NCBI GenBank assembly: GCA_024654575.1
Contig: JANLHG010000005.1
Coordinates: 1,260 to 65,259, forward strand
Reading direction: 5' to 3'
DNA length: 64,000 nt
Origin: Patescibacteria group bacterium
GTDB lineage: Bacteria; Patescibacteriota; Minisyncoccia; Phycocordibacterales; PALSA-1337
In this document: one piece after another, positions 46,238-56,065 of the stretch
Numbering within the stretch: the first letter of the stretch is position 1
Layout: each line of letters begins with the position of its first letter
Translations under genes and position numbers: made by a program
The notes under the pieces: model-generated
The model's database searches: none
Told to the model about the DNA's origin: nothing
Seen by the model: only the letters and a program-made list of their open reading frames with translations

Positions 46238-47971
46238 CTATCTTTTCTTCAATAATTCAATACGAGATGATAACTCTTGACATTCCTCAAGAATTTTTAG
46301 TGCTTGTTCAGAATCTTTTTTCTTTTCTGCCGAAGCAAGTTCAAACATTTTTTTACCAAATAATTGTTTTAAATGTTCCAATTCAAAATTACACAAAAGT
46401 TCCTCAATTTCTTTTGTAAGATTTTTTTGATTTGAATAAGTTATTTCGGCTTGAAATATCATTTCGTTTTTTTCTGTCTCCAATATTTTTATATTTTCAA
46501 AAAAATCTTTTCCAAGCAAAGAAATTATTTTATTTTTAATTTCTTTTATGTCCAATGTTGGCTCTTTCATCTTTTCCTGCCAAAAAATTATACCTAGGAG
46601 TTTCCTATGTATAGAATTTTTGGGGCGATTATCTGCCCCGCCCGCTTGAGCGGGCGGGGCTATCATTTTCGGTATTTTTTTCAAATCTTCCCAAATAGCA
46701 TCTTCGCTAATCCCAGTTTTATTATGAATCGTTTTCACAAAATGTGATTGTTCCATATTACTTGATAAAACTGCAACGAGTGGAAGTACTTTTTCTTTTA
46801 TTCCTTTTGTTATTTTTAATTGGTCAGCTGTTTCTTTCACAATCCTATCTATATTAAAATCAATAATATTTTTTGAATTTTTGATAACATCTTTCCATTC
46901 AGTTGGATTAGCTAGTATAAAATCAGCGGGGTCTTTTCCTGATGGAACAGTAGCAATTTTAATATCCATTCCCAAAGAAAGTCCGATGATAGCTGACCGT
47001 TCGGTGGCATTAAGTCCAGCGTTATCAGCATCAAAAGCCAAAATCATATTATGAGAAAGTCGATTGATAATTCCAAGATTATTTACAGCATTTTCTCTCG
47101 TCATTAACGAATCAGTTAATGCCGTACCCGAAACCGCAACGGTATTTTTATAACCAGCTTGATGAGACATAATAAGGTCCATTTGCCCTTCCACTAAGAT
47201 TGAAAAATTTAATTTTCTAATATGACTTTTTGCCTTATCAATTCCATAAAGAACATTGCTCTTATTAAAAAGTTCAGTGTCTGGACTATTTAAATATTTA
47301 GCTGATTTGTCGTCATCAACTAAAATCCTACCAGAAAAAGCAATTACTCTTCCCCCACTATCCATAATAGGAAACATAATTCTGCCCCGAAAACGATCAT
47401 AATGGCCTGCCTGCGCAGGCGGGCCTTTTTCTGTTTTTTTAGTCAGTCCCACTTTTTCAATATCATTATCGCTATATCCCTTACTTCTCAAGTGGGTGTG
47501 TAATTTACGCCATTCATCTGGAATAAAACCAATTCTAAATTCTTTTATGGTTTTATCTACTAATCCGCGATTTTGAAGATATTTTTTTGCATCTGGATAA
47601 ATATTTAATAAACTTTCAAAAAACTTACATGCTTCTTCCATAATATTATAAAGCCGTTCTTTTTCTGTTTTAACCTGTGGATTTTCATGAATAATTTCCA
47701 CACCCGCCCGTCCTGCCAACATTTTCAAAGCCCCCATAAAATCCAACCCTTCAAAATTCTGCACGAATTCAAAAATATCACCTTTTGCTCCACATCCGAA
47801 ACAATAATAACTTCCCCGTTCAGGCGATACAAAAAAACTAGGAGTTTTCTCATTATGAAAAGGACATTTTCCTTTCAAATTCGCCCCCGCCCGCTCAAGT
47901 TTTATATATGATTCAACAACATCGACAATAGAAAGTCGCTGTTTTATTTGCTCTACGGTATTAGAAGCCAT
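46238..47971 (-). CDS. dnaG: DNA primase
   Basis: CPFHNEKTPSF, CFGC, DRFRGRIMFP, KYLNSP, VEGQMD, FDADNAG, KDPAD. Confidence 0.97.
   Translation of the reverse strand: MASNTVEQIKQRLSIVDVVESYIKLERAGANLKGKCPFHNEKTPSFFVSPERGSYYCFGCGAKGDIFEFVQNFEGLDFMGALKMLAGRAGVEIIHENPQVKTEKERLYNIMEEACKFFESLLNIYPDAKKYLQNRGLVDKTIKEFRIGFIPDEWRKLHTHLRSKGYSDNDIEKVGLTKKTEKGPPAQAGHYDRFRGRIMFPIMDSGGRVIAFSGRILVDDDKSAKYLNSPDTELFNKSNVLYGIDKAKSHIRKLNFSILVEGQMDLIMSHQAGYKNTVAVSGTALTDSLMTRENAVNNLGIINRLSHNMILAFDADNAGLNATERSAIIGLSLGMDIKIATVPSGKDPADFILANPTEWKDVIKNSKNIIDFNIDRIVKETADQLKITKGIKEKVLPLVAVLSSNMEQSHFVKTIHNKTGISEDAIWEDLKKIPKMIAPPAQAGGADNRPKNSIHRKLLGIIFWQEKMKEPTLDIKEIKNKIISLLGKDFFENIKILETEKNEMIFQAEITYSNQKNLTKEIEELLCNFELEHLKQLFGKKMFELASAEKKKDSEQALKILEECQELSSRIELLKKR
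46635..46660. repeat. GC-rich palindrome inside dnaG (encodes PPAQAG)
   Basis: GCCCCGCCCGCT-TG-AGCGGGCGGGGC. Confidence 0.8.
47404..47425. repeat. GC-rich palindrome inside dnaG (encodes PPAQAG)
   Basis: GGCCTGCCTGC-GCAGGCGGGCC, bounded by GGCC. Confidence 0.8.
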
Positions 47972-47995
47972 AGAGGTATTATACTCTTTTTTACT

Positions 47996-49459
47996 CTACT
48001 TCTCCAAATCTAAAATTTCATCAATACGGATTTGAGCGACAAATTCTGGAACATGGGAGACCAAAATCATTGCACCTTGATAGGTATTGAGTGCTTCAGC
48101 GATAATAGGCAAATGACGAAAATTAATATGATTAGTTGGTTCATCTAAAATAAGAAGTCCTGGTTTTTGGAGAACGAGACGAGCAAAAGCAACAAGACCT
48201 TTTTGCCCCTCAGATAATGCACCAATTTTGGTATTAATCATTTCGGAAGTTATTAAAAAATTTGCTGCAACCGCCCGAAATTCTTGTTCAATAATCCTTC
48301 CTTCAGTACTTTTTAAAACATCAACTAATGATTGATAAACAGTATCTTCAAAATTAAGTGTTGAAAAATCTTGACGATAATATCCGACGCGTATACCATC
48401 CGAGATAATAGCACCATCTGACTTTCCTTTTGCCAGTGCTTCAAGAAGAGTACTTTTACCAATACCATTTGGTCCTTTGATAAGTAAATGCTGATTTTTT
48501 CTTAAAGAAATACTAGTTTTTCTTATTGTTGGCTTATGATTTTTTATGACCTTAAAAGATTTAATATCAACAATAACCCCACCTAAATCTGGTTGAACTG
48601 ATATATTAAATGGTTTAATTGTCTTATCTTCTTTTCTTACATCCACCTTTTCCTCTTCCATTTCTATCGCTTTTTCACGCATACGTTTAGCAACGAGACG
48701 CATCTGCCCTCCTTTATTAGCGAAAAAGTTCGCCTTATCTTTATTCTCTTGAATTTCTTTTGCAAGTAATGCGTTTTTTCTATTTTCTTTATCAATTCGT
48801 GCCGAAATATCTTTGACCACATCAAAATAATTACCGACATATTGTTCAACCTTATGATTATACACATCTAAATATAGCACTCCATGTGTAAAAGAATTCA
48901 AAAAATCTGAATCGTGAGAAATCACAATCACCGTTTTTTTATAATCAATAAGAAATTGCGTAAGATGTTCAATTCCCGCCTTATCAAGATTATTTGTAGG
49001 TTCATCAAGAAGTAATAAATCAGGATCTTGAATTAATGCCGAGGCTAGTAAAAGTCTAGCCTGTTGTCCCCCAGAAAATGACCCTACAATTCTATCCAAA
49101 GGAACTTCAAGATTCACAACTTCAAGAATGGCGTTAATTCGTGGCTCAATATCATATTTTTTTTCAGAAAAACTTAATGCAAAAAATTCGAGCAAGTTTT
49201 TATCAAGTAAATCTCTAGGCATCACTTGCGATGTGAGTGCTACAGAAAATCCTTGAGCTATATTAATATTGCCAGACTCAGGTTTAACTTTTCCTGTAAT
49301 AAGTTTAAAAATAGTGCTTTTTCCGGCACCATTTTGTCCCATAAAAGTTATTTTACTTCCTTTACGTACACTAAAAGTAACCTCATCTAAAATGGGTTTA
49401 TTTGGACCATATTCAAAGGAAACTTTGTCAAATCTTAGGATGACTTCTTCTTTAGACAT
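47996..49459 (-). CDS. ABC-F family ATP-binding protein
   Basis: Two ABC domains (GQNGAGKS, SGGQ, DEPTN; GPNGIGKS, SEGQ, DEPTNH) and no TM segments. Confidence 0.92.
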   Translation of the reverse strand: MSKEEVILRFDKVSFEYGPNKPILDEVTFSVRKGSKITFMGQNGAGKSTIFKLITGKVKPESGNINIAQGFSVALTSQVMPRDLLDKNLLEFFALSFSEKKYDIEPRINAILEVVNLEVPLDRIVGSFSGGQQARLLLASALIQDPDLLLLDEPTNNLDKAGIEHLTQFLIDYKKTVIVISHDSDFLNSFTHGVLYLDVYNHKVEQYVGNYFDVVKDISARIDKENRKNALLAKEIQENKDKANFFANKGGQMRLVAKRMREKAIEMEEEKVDVRKEDKTIKPFNISVQPDLGGVIVDIKSFKVIKNHKPTIRKTSISLRKNQHLLIKGPNGIGKSTLLEALAKGKSDGAIISDGIRVGYYRQDFSTLNFEDTVYQSLVDVLKSTEGRIIEQEFRAVAANFLITSEMINTKIGALSEGQKGLVAFARLVLQKPGLLILDEPTNHINFRHLPIIAEALNTYQGAMILVSHVPEFVAQIRIDEILDLEK

Positions 49460-49499
49460 AGAATAAAAATAATACCTTATTTTTTGATATATGACAATA

Positions 49500-50885
49500 T
49501 TATTGCACTAAATACAAAGAAAGATCGTTTCCTTCATACAAAATTTTGGCCTGTAATTTTAATTGACTAGGTAAAATCAAATAGAATGGACGAGAGGTAA
49601 TTTTTTCGTCATAAGCTTGAGGTCTTCTACCACCACTATAGTAAGCAATAGTATCCCAGTAAGCGTGCATATGGATATAAATTGGCGTTGATGTGGAATT
49701 TTTATTCATAATTTCTCCCATACTTTTTTCTTGTTGAGCTAAATTTAAGCTTTGAGCAAAATAATTATTACCGAAACCAAAAGAAATATAAATTGTTACG
49801 ATAAAGGAAAAAATAAAGATTAGAGAATAAGTAAAAATAACAAAATCTTTATGTTTCAGATAAAACTTTTCAACAAAAGAAAGAAATGAATCAAATGATA
49901 ACGCAATAAAAATAGCAACGAAAGGATAAATTGGAATAAAATAATAAAGTAATTTTGTACTTGAAATAAAAAATACAAATGAAAGACAAATTATAATTGA
50001 TAGAAACAAAAGATGAACACGAAACATTTGCTTATATTTTTTCATAGCAATAAATATTCCAATCAGACACACGAAAAAAATAATAAACCACGGCTCATAA
50101 TAATTGATGAGATTCATTACATAAACAGCGTTAGTAGAAACACCTCCTAAAATATTTTCCTGAATTCTAACAAAAATAAATTTCATTATATAAAGGTTTG
50201 AAAATTCAATCGGATATTTTAACCATTCATAAATGTGCCACGGTAATCCAATAATTCCACCGAGTAATAAACCAAAATAAAAATTTCTATCTCGTAAATA
50301 ATTCCATTTTTTAAAAAATAAACTACAGAGAATGATAGCTGGGATGGAAAAAAATCCGATAACGCTTTTTGTCATAATCCCTAAACCTATTCCAACACCA
50401 ATTCCCATAAACCAACGTGGTTGTCTCAGACCTCTCAAAAAAGAATAAAATGAAAACAAAATAAATGCCGTTACTGGAACATCTAATCGTAATTGTCGTC
50501 CTGCTTCTAAAAACAATCCGGTAGTCAACAATATCAACATTGAAAGAATGGCTACACGCTTTTTACCTGTTATTTCATAAGCACATCCATAAACTAAAAT
50601 AAGGCAAAAAATCAACAATAATGAAGAAGGGAAACGCAAAATAAATTCACTAAAACCAAAAATCTTTACAAGTACTGTATCCATCCAAAATATCAAGGGT
50701 GGCTTATCAAACCAATTATTTCCACTCTGAGTTAGAGTAATATAATTTCCATTTTGGACACTTTCCTTAACCACTTGTGCATAAAATGCTTCATCATTAT
50801 CAATCAAAGGGTTATGTCCAAGCATAAAAAATGCCAAAAAACTTCCCAAAATTAAAATTACAAAAAATATTGAATTATATTTCAT
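49500..50885 (-). CDS. ArnT/PMT-like membrane glycosyltransferase
   Basis: DEAFY, FDKPPL, RFPS, TKS; multi-TM. Confidence 0.88.
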   Translation of the reverse strand: MKYNSIFFVILILGSFLAFFMLGHNPLIDNDEAFYAQVVKESVQNGNYITLTQSGNNWFDKPPLIFWMDTVLVKIFGFSEFILRFPSSLLLIFCLILVYGCAYEITGKKRVAILSMLILLTTGLFLEAGRQLRLDVPVTAFILFSFYSFLRGLRQPRWFMGIGVGIGLGIMTKSVIGFFSIPAIILCSLFFKKWNYLRDRNFYFGLLLGGIIGLPWHIYEWLKYPIEFSNLYIMKFIFVRIQENILGGVSTNAVYVMNLINYYEPWFIIFFVCLIGIFIAMKKYKQMFRVHLLFLSIIICLSFVFFISSTKLLYYFIPIYPFVAIFIALSFDSFLSFVEKFYLKHKDFVIFTYSLIFIFSFIVTIYISFGFGNNYFAQSLNLAQQEKSMGEIMNKNSTSTPIYIHMHAYWDTIAYYSGGRRPQAYDEKITSRPFYLILPSQLKLQAKILYEGNDLSLYLVQ

Positions 50886-50916
50886 ATAAAACAGTATAAA
50901 TCTTATTCACCAAAAT

Positions 50917-50940
50917 AAAAACTCCCTTTCGGGAGTTTTT
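50917..50940 (-). terminator. intrinsic terminator
   Basis: AAAACTCCC-TTTC-GGGAGTTTT. Confidence 0.75.
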
Positions 50941-50945
50941 ATTTA

Positions 50946-51020
50946 CTATCGTCGTCGCTTTGAAGTTTTCTTCTTAGCTGTTTTTTTTGTTTTCTTTACT
51001 GCTTTCTTTTTCTTTTTCAT
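50946..51020 (-). CDS. 24-aa Lys/Arg-rich peptide
   Basis: MKKKKKAVKKTKKTAKKKTSKRRR*, followed immediately by a terminator. Confidence 0.55.
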   Translation of the reverse strand: MKKKKKAVKKTKKTAKKKTSKRRR

Positions 51021-51258
51021 AATATTGGAGTGACTGACAAAAAATATTATTTTTAATAAAAAGTATATAATAATTTTTCGACAAAAAAATATTACATTGA
51101 CTATTATCATTATGATGTATGTGTAAAATAAAAACAATACCAAAAAATAAAAAACTGTGTATAACTTTTTTATTTTTTAAAAAAGAAAATTAAATATTTT
51201 TGAAATAAAAAATTGCGGAATTTATTCCGCAATTTTGTGAAGATGTTTTTTCACTGCA

Positions 51259-51876
51259 TTATGCAATGATGTATTTCATCACCTCATCTCTCGTTTCTGA
51301 AGTGATTTTTTTCTTACCGACAAAGAACTCCAATGTTTCGCTGAGCTTGGCGACAGCGATAACCATTCGATCTTTATTTAACTCAATAAGCCCACCTTGT
51401 TCCCGATCGTACAAAACGAGGGTGGCGACTACTTCCAATCCATTCGCTTCGACTGATTTGATGGCTTCGCGTTTGGTATCGGCTTTGGTGATGAGGTCGT
51501 CAATCAACACAACTTTTTTACCTTTTTCAAAAGGATCTAAAATTGTGGAAGTGATATGACGACCTTCCTCATTCTCAACCTTTTGGATACGCAAATGAGG
51601 TTTACTTACAGCTTTGGCAAACGCTTTACCAATCGGCTCGCCGGCGTTGGGGATACCAATGACATAATCGAAGTCAGTAATTCTTTCCTGAACAACAAGG
51701 TCATGCAGAATATCTCCAGCTAAAGCGTAGAGCCATTCTGGCAATTCTCTGATGTTGAGATAAATCGGCGACAGTGGTGCCGTCGGATTTTTCTCGTGCA
51801 ATTTCAATCTGAAAGCACCGAACTTGATCTTTGCCAAATTGAGAAGACTCATATGGAGATACTCTTTTGCTTGCAT
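51259..51876 (-). CDS. pyrE: orotate phosphoribosyltransferase
   Basis: KFGAFRLK, SPIYLNIR, GIPNAG, VVLIDDLIT, DREQGG. Confidence 0.85.
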   Translation of the reverse strand: MQAKEYLHMSLLNLAKIKFGAFRLKLHEKNPTAPLSPIYLNIRELPEWLYALAGDILHDLVVQERITDFDYVIGIPNAGEPIGKAFAKAVSKPHLRIQKVENEEGRHITSTILDPFEKGKKVVLIDDLITKADTKREAIKSVEANGLEVVATLVLYDREQGGLIELNKDRMVIAVAKLSETLEFFVGKKKITSETRDEVMKYIIA

Positions 51877-51988
51877 AATCCTTTGTCAATTTTGAATACG
51901 AATTTACATCGCATTCTATATATCAGAATAGGTCTGACATACTCTGCTGTAATATTTACATGAAGATTACTATATAGTCAAATCTGTG

Positions 51989-52013
51989 ACCCCATAGGCA
52001 AGACCTATGGGGT
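51989..52013. terminator. hairpin downstream of tRNA-Gln
   Basis: ACCCCATAGG-CAAGA-CCTATGGGGT. Confidence 0.6.
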
Positions 52014-52021
52014 AGAATTTG

Positions 52022-52092
52022 TTGCCGGACTTGGATTCGAACCAAGATAACATCCTCCAGAGGGATGTGGCCTACCATTAGCCGATCCGGCA
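52022..52092 (-). tRNA. tRNA-Gln (CTG)
   Basis: TGCCGGA/TCCGGCA, CATCC-CTCTGGA-GGATG, CTTGG-TTCGAAT-CCAAG. Confidence 0.95.
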
Positions 52093-52124
52093 ATGCATCT
52101 CAAAGAATACAAGAAAAATAGTGA

Positions 52125-52868
52125 TTATTCAAGTTTTGTACGGACTATTTTTAGAGCTAGCGATGGAACTTTTATTTTTTCTCCCAAAGAATTCGCAATA
52201 CTGCGAACATATGTCCCACTTGAACAAAAAACTTTAACTTCCGCGACATCAAAATATTCTCTCTTGGTATTTTCAAAAAATTTATTCCATAGTTTAATGA
52301 TCTCTTTTTGTCTAAAATCTCCTTTGACTAAAGAAATTTTTTGCAAAATAAGGTTCTTCAATTTTTCTTTAGTTACTTTAGAAAAAGATATTAATGAGAT
52401 TTTATAGATTTCCACTTCCCTCTCTGGTATTTTTATTTCATTTATTTTTCCTTCACGGGACCACTGAAAAAGCGATTTACCATTTACAGTTTTAGAAGAA
52501 TACGGAGGATATTTTTGTAAAATTATTCCCTTTAGTTCCAATAATAGTTTTTTGATATTTGGTTTAATTTGTTCAAAATCATATTGCACATCTTTGTCAT
52601 CAATAATTTTACCTAAAATATCATAAGTGTCTGTTCTGATTCCAAAAAGTATTTCAAAAACATATTCTTTTTTATAATTCAAATAGATTTTTCTATTTTT
52701 ATTTTCCTCACCAACCAAAACCAAAAGTACCCCTTCTGCCACCGGGTCAAGTCGTCCAGCATAGCTCATTTTGACATTTTCATATTCTGGATTTTCCTTC
52801 TTGAATCTATTGATACACTCAAGCGGTGTTTCCCCAATTTCTTTGTGTAAATTAAGGACATTTAACAT
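52125..52868 (-). CDS. truB: tRNA pseudouridine(55) synthase TruB-like
   Basis: AGRLDPVAEGVL, TDTYD, QKYPPYSSK, CSSGTYVRS. Confidence 0.85.
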   Translation of the reverse strand: MLNVLNLHKEIGETPLECINRFKKENPEYENVKMSYAGRLDPVAEGVLLVLVGEENKNRKIYLNYKKEYVFEILFGIRTDTYDILGKIIDDKDVQYDFEQIKPNIKKLLLELKGIILQKYPPYSSKTVNGKSLFQWSREGKINEIKIPEREVEIYKISLISFSKVTKEKLKNLILQKISLVKGDFRQKEIIKLWNKFFENTKREYFDVAEVKVFCSSGTYVRSIANSLGEKIKVPSLALKIVRTKLE

Positions 52869-52896
52869 ATATAATACTATGCTATAATTTATTATC

Positions 52897-53805
52897 ATGA
52901 ATATCAACAAATTAAGCACGGAACCATACAAAGGTGTTAGGGATTTCTATCCTGAAGATATGGCGGTGCAAAATTATATTTTTAATACTTGGAGAAAAGT
53001 ATCAGAAAAATTTGAGTATAAAGAGTACACTGCTTCTATTCTTGAATATGCAGACCTCTATAGAAGTAAAGGAAATGATGAGATAGTAAACGACCAAATG
53101 TATGTTTTCAAAGATAAGGGAGACCGAGAGGTTGCACTTCGTCCAGAAATGACACCGACACTTGCACGAATGGTTGCAACACAACGAAAATCTCTAAAGT
53201 TTCCATTACGTTGGTATTCTATTCCAAATGTTTTTCGTTATGAACGTCCTCAACGCGGTCGCAAGCGAGAACACTGGCAACTAAACTGCGACCTTATGGG
53301 TATTGTAGATAATGACCCTATCAATGCCGAAGTGGAAATAATTTCTCTATCGCATGCGATTATGAAAGAATTTGGAGCAAAAGAAATTGATTTTGTTATT
53401 AAAATAAATAATAGGTTTGCGATGGAAACAGCACTATCAGCACAAGGAATGAGTCAAGAAGATATTCTTGCTTCATATCGTCAGTGGGATAAAGAAGGAG
53501 TACCTGAAGATAAAAAAAAGTTGTGGGCATCTGCTACTGACACATTATTAAAATCTCTAAAAGAAAAAGGAATAACAAATGCAGAGTTTGACGCAAACAT
53601 TGTGCGTGGTTTTGATTATTATACTGGAATGGTTTTTGAGGTTTTTGATACCAATCCAGAAAATCGTCGTTCGCTTTTTGGTGGCGGACGTTATGATAAT
53701 CTTTTAGAAATGTTTGGAGTAGAACCGATACCGACAGTTGGTTTTGGTATGGGAGATGTGACTATCAAAGATTTTTTAATTACCCACAATTTACCAACCG
53801 CTTGA
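52897..53805 (+). CDS. hisS: histidine--tRNA ligase, short form
   Basis: KGVRDF, LRPEMT, FRYERPQRGR, RGFDYYTG, GGGRYD, GFGMG; ends soon after motif 3. Confidence 0.88.
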   Translation: MNINKLSTEPYKGVRDFYPEDMAVQNYIFNTWRKVSEKFEYKEYTASILEYADLYRSKGNDEIVNDQMYVFKDKGDREVALRPEMTPTLARMVATQRKSLKFPLRWYSIPNVFRYERPQRGRKREHWQLNCDLMGIVDNDPINAEVEIISLSHAIMKEFGAKEIDFVIKINNRFAMETALSAQGMSQEDILASYRQWDKEGVPEDKKKLWASATDTLLKSLKEKGITNAEFDANIVRGFDYYTGMVFEVFDTNPENRRSLFGGGRYDNLLEMFGVEPIPTVGFGMGDVTIKDFLITHNLPTA

Positions 53806-53810
53806 ATAAA

Positions 53811-54386
53811 ATGAATAAAATCGTATTTGATATAGAAACACAAAACACTTTTCAGGAAGCAGGTTCGAGTGACCCAGCCGACCTTTCTATTTCATTGGTA
53901 GGAATATATGATTACACAACGGATAAATATGACTCCTTTCTAGAGAACGAATTAACACGACTTTGGCCAATTTTAGAAAAAGCTGATATGTTAATCGGTT
54001 ATAACAGTGATCATTTTGACATTCCACTACTTAATAAATATTATCCAGGAGATTTAACTAAAATAAAAAGTTTGGACTTACTAAAAGAAATAAAAAATTC
54101 TTTTGGACGACGAGTTAAACTTGATTCTGTAGCTCTCGGCACTTTTAATAAAGGTAAAATAGGACATGGACTTGAAGCAATAACTTGGTGGAAAAATGGA
54201 GAAATAGATAACATAAGAAAATACTGTCTTGAAGATGTAAAAATCACAAAAGAACTCTACGAATACGCGGTCAAAAATAATTCTGTCAAATGTCGAGAAG
54301 GTCAAAAAGATTTTGAGATAAAATTAGATACAAATAACTGGCATGACAAAACCGCTAGTGCTATGACCTTTACATTGCCTTTTTAG
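53811..54386 (+). CDS. RNase H-like (DEDD/YprB-like) 3'-5' exonuclease
   Basis: FDIET, GYNSDHFDIP, YCLEDV. Confidence 0.85.
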   Translation: MNKIVFDIETQNTFQEAGSSDPADLSISLVGIYDYTTDKYDSFLENELTRLWPILEKADMLIGYNSDHFDIPLLNKYYPGDLTKIKSLDLLKEIKNSFGRRVKLDSVALGTFNKGKIGHGLEAITWWKNGEIDNIRKYCLEDVKITKELYEYAVKNNSVKCREGQKDFEIKLDTNNWHDKTASAMTFTLPF

Positions 54387-54426
54387 CTATTATTGTTTAC
54401 TATTCATTATAGAAAGGAAACAGCTT

Positions 54427-54651
54427 ATGCCATTAAATAAAAATGAGGCACGGGCTATCGGACTAAGGGTTAAGCGAATCGAAGGAGAAGGAGAACAAGA
54501 AATCGATGTTGGTAGAATTGGAACTATCCTATCACCAAACGGATATAATGTCGTTAGTGGAAGTATAACAGTAAAGTATGATTCTACTGATTTACTCCCA
54601 GAAAAAACTGATGACTGTTGTTCATTCTTCGAATTTGAAAAAGTGCCGTAA
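54427..54651 (+). CDS. hypothetical protein
   Basis: 74 aa with SD GAAAGGA; terminator AAAAGGCAGTA/TACTGCCTTTT right after the stop. Confidence 0.65.
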   Translation: MPLNKNEARAIGLRVKRIEGEGEQEIDVGRIGTILSPNGYNVVSGSITVKYDSTDLLPEKTDDCCSFFEFEKVP

Positions 54652-54717
54652 AAGGCAGTATCTCTTACTGCCTTTTATCTATGATATAATATGTGAATAT
54701 TATTTAAGAATATATAA

Positions 54718-55440
54718 ATGGAAAAAGAAAATAATTTAATTACTATTCCGAGTGCAATTTTAATTGCTGGAATTATTATAGGAGGAGCTGTTATCTACAC
54801 CAAAGGAATGCCTGTAGAAAAAATAATATCGCAAAGTACATCTGCAATAAAAAGTTCTTCAATAAATATAGACCCTGTAACTGAGAACGACCATATTCGG
54901 GGAACACCTGATGCTCCAATTGTAATTGTGGAATTTTCAGATTTAGAATGTCCATTTTGTAAATCATTTCATTTGACGATGCAAAAAATTATGAATGAAT
55001 ATGGAAAAAGCGGAAAAGTCGCTTGGGTCTATAGACACTTCCCTCTTTCTATACATCCAAAAGCTCAAAAAGAAGCTTTGGCATCTGAATGTGCTTACGA
55101 ACAAGGTGGTAATGAAAAATTTTGGCAATATGTTGATAATATTTTTTCTATTACTCCATCAAACAATCAACTTGACCCTCTTCAATTACCGATAATCGCA
55201 AAAAACATAGGACTTGATGTTGAAAAATTTAATATCTGTTTTAATAGTGAAAAGTATGATGAAAAAATCCAAAAAAATTATCAAGATGGTATTCGTGTGG
55301 GTATTGGTTCTATTCCAGAAACAGGCACACCATACAGCGTGGTAATAGATAAAAAAGGTAACAAAGTACCTATCAACGGCGCTCAACCTTATGAATCGGT
55401 CAAGCAATTAATTGACGCGATACTAGCAGGTAGTAATTAA
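54718..55440 (+). CDS. DsbA-like thioredoxin-fold protein
   Basis: EFSDLECPFC, RHFPL, GTP; N-terminal TM. Confidence 0.92.
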   Translation: MEKENNLITIPSAILIAGIIIGGAVIYTKGMPVEKIISQSTSAIKSSSINIDPVTENDHIRGTPDAPIVIVEFSDLECPFCKSFHLTMQKIMNEYGKSGKVAWVYRHFPLSIHPKAQKEALASECAYEQGGNEKFWQYVDNIFSITPSNNQLDPLQLPIIAKNIGLDVEKFNICFNSEKYDEKIQKNYQDGIRVGIGSIPETGTPYSVVIDKKGNKVPINGAQPYESVKQLIDAILAGSN

Positions 55441-55473
55441 ACAATTAAAATATTTAAAAAAATAAAATTTTGT

Positions 55474-55509
55474 TCCACTAACTTGCAACGACCGCACATA
55501 GTTAGTGGA
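55474..55509. repeat. 36-bp palindromic direct repeat A (overlaps the stop of the PaaX/Cas2-like gene)
   Basis: TCCACTAACT-TGCAACGACCGCACAT-AGTTAGTGGA. Confidence 0.85.
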
Positions 55510-56065
55510 GACCAAAATATTCTTTAAGTTTTTTGTCATTCTCAATTGTGTCAGCTATTATATATAATATATCTTTTCCAATTTTAAAATCAGCTTTTAA
55601 AAGAGTAATAAAATCTTCACAATCATAAGGAAAAACCCAAACACTGCGTTGAAGACATTTAAATCCTATTGAAATAAGAGTAAGCCTCAATTTATCTCTC
55701 AACACTCTTCTATATTCTTTAATATCAAAAATAACAATTCGCCATTTTTTGTCCCACTTCTTTGGAACTACGATAGAATCTTTAGTTTGTAAATGATAAA
55801 GTTTTTCTTTCCCTTTATCTGTGAGTGTAATAAAATCATTTTCATATTTAAGAAAACCCTGTTTTATTAAACGGGATCTTGAACGCAATAATATTTCTTT
55901 ATCTCTTCTGTTTGGTTTATATCCAAACATTTTTAACACCTGTAACGCATTTGGTGCAAGAAGTGCAACACTCAAAAGGCCAGCCATCGCGACACTTTGC
56001 AAGACAACTTTCTGAATATTACTTCTTCTAGTCCGTTTTTTAGATTCTTTTTCCAAATTCCCCAT
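55502..56065 (-). CDS. PaaX-like regulator: wHTH plus Cas2-like ferredoxin-fold domain
   Basis: RLIKQGFL...LTDKGK, WDKKWRIVIFDI, LRDKLR, LQRSVW. Confidence 0.85.
   Translation of the reverse strand: MGNLEKESKKRTRRSNIQKVVLQSVAMAGLLSVALLAPNALQVLKMFGYKPNRRDKEILLRSRSRLIKQGFLKYENDFITLTDKGKEKLYHLQTKDSIVVPKKWDKKWRIVIFDIKEYRRVLRDKLRLTLISIGFKCLQRSVWVFPYDCEDFITLLKADFKIGKDILYIIADTIENDKKLKEYFGLH

Noticed and set aside
55502-56065. Bona fide CRISPR Cas2
   Set aside because: Fused to an N-terminal wHTH region, no cas1 or array in the window, and only two repeats with the gene itself between them.
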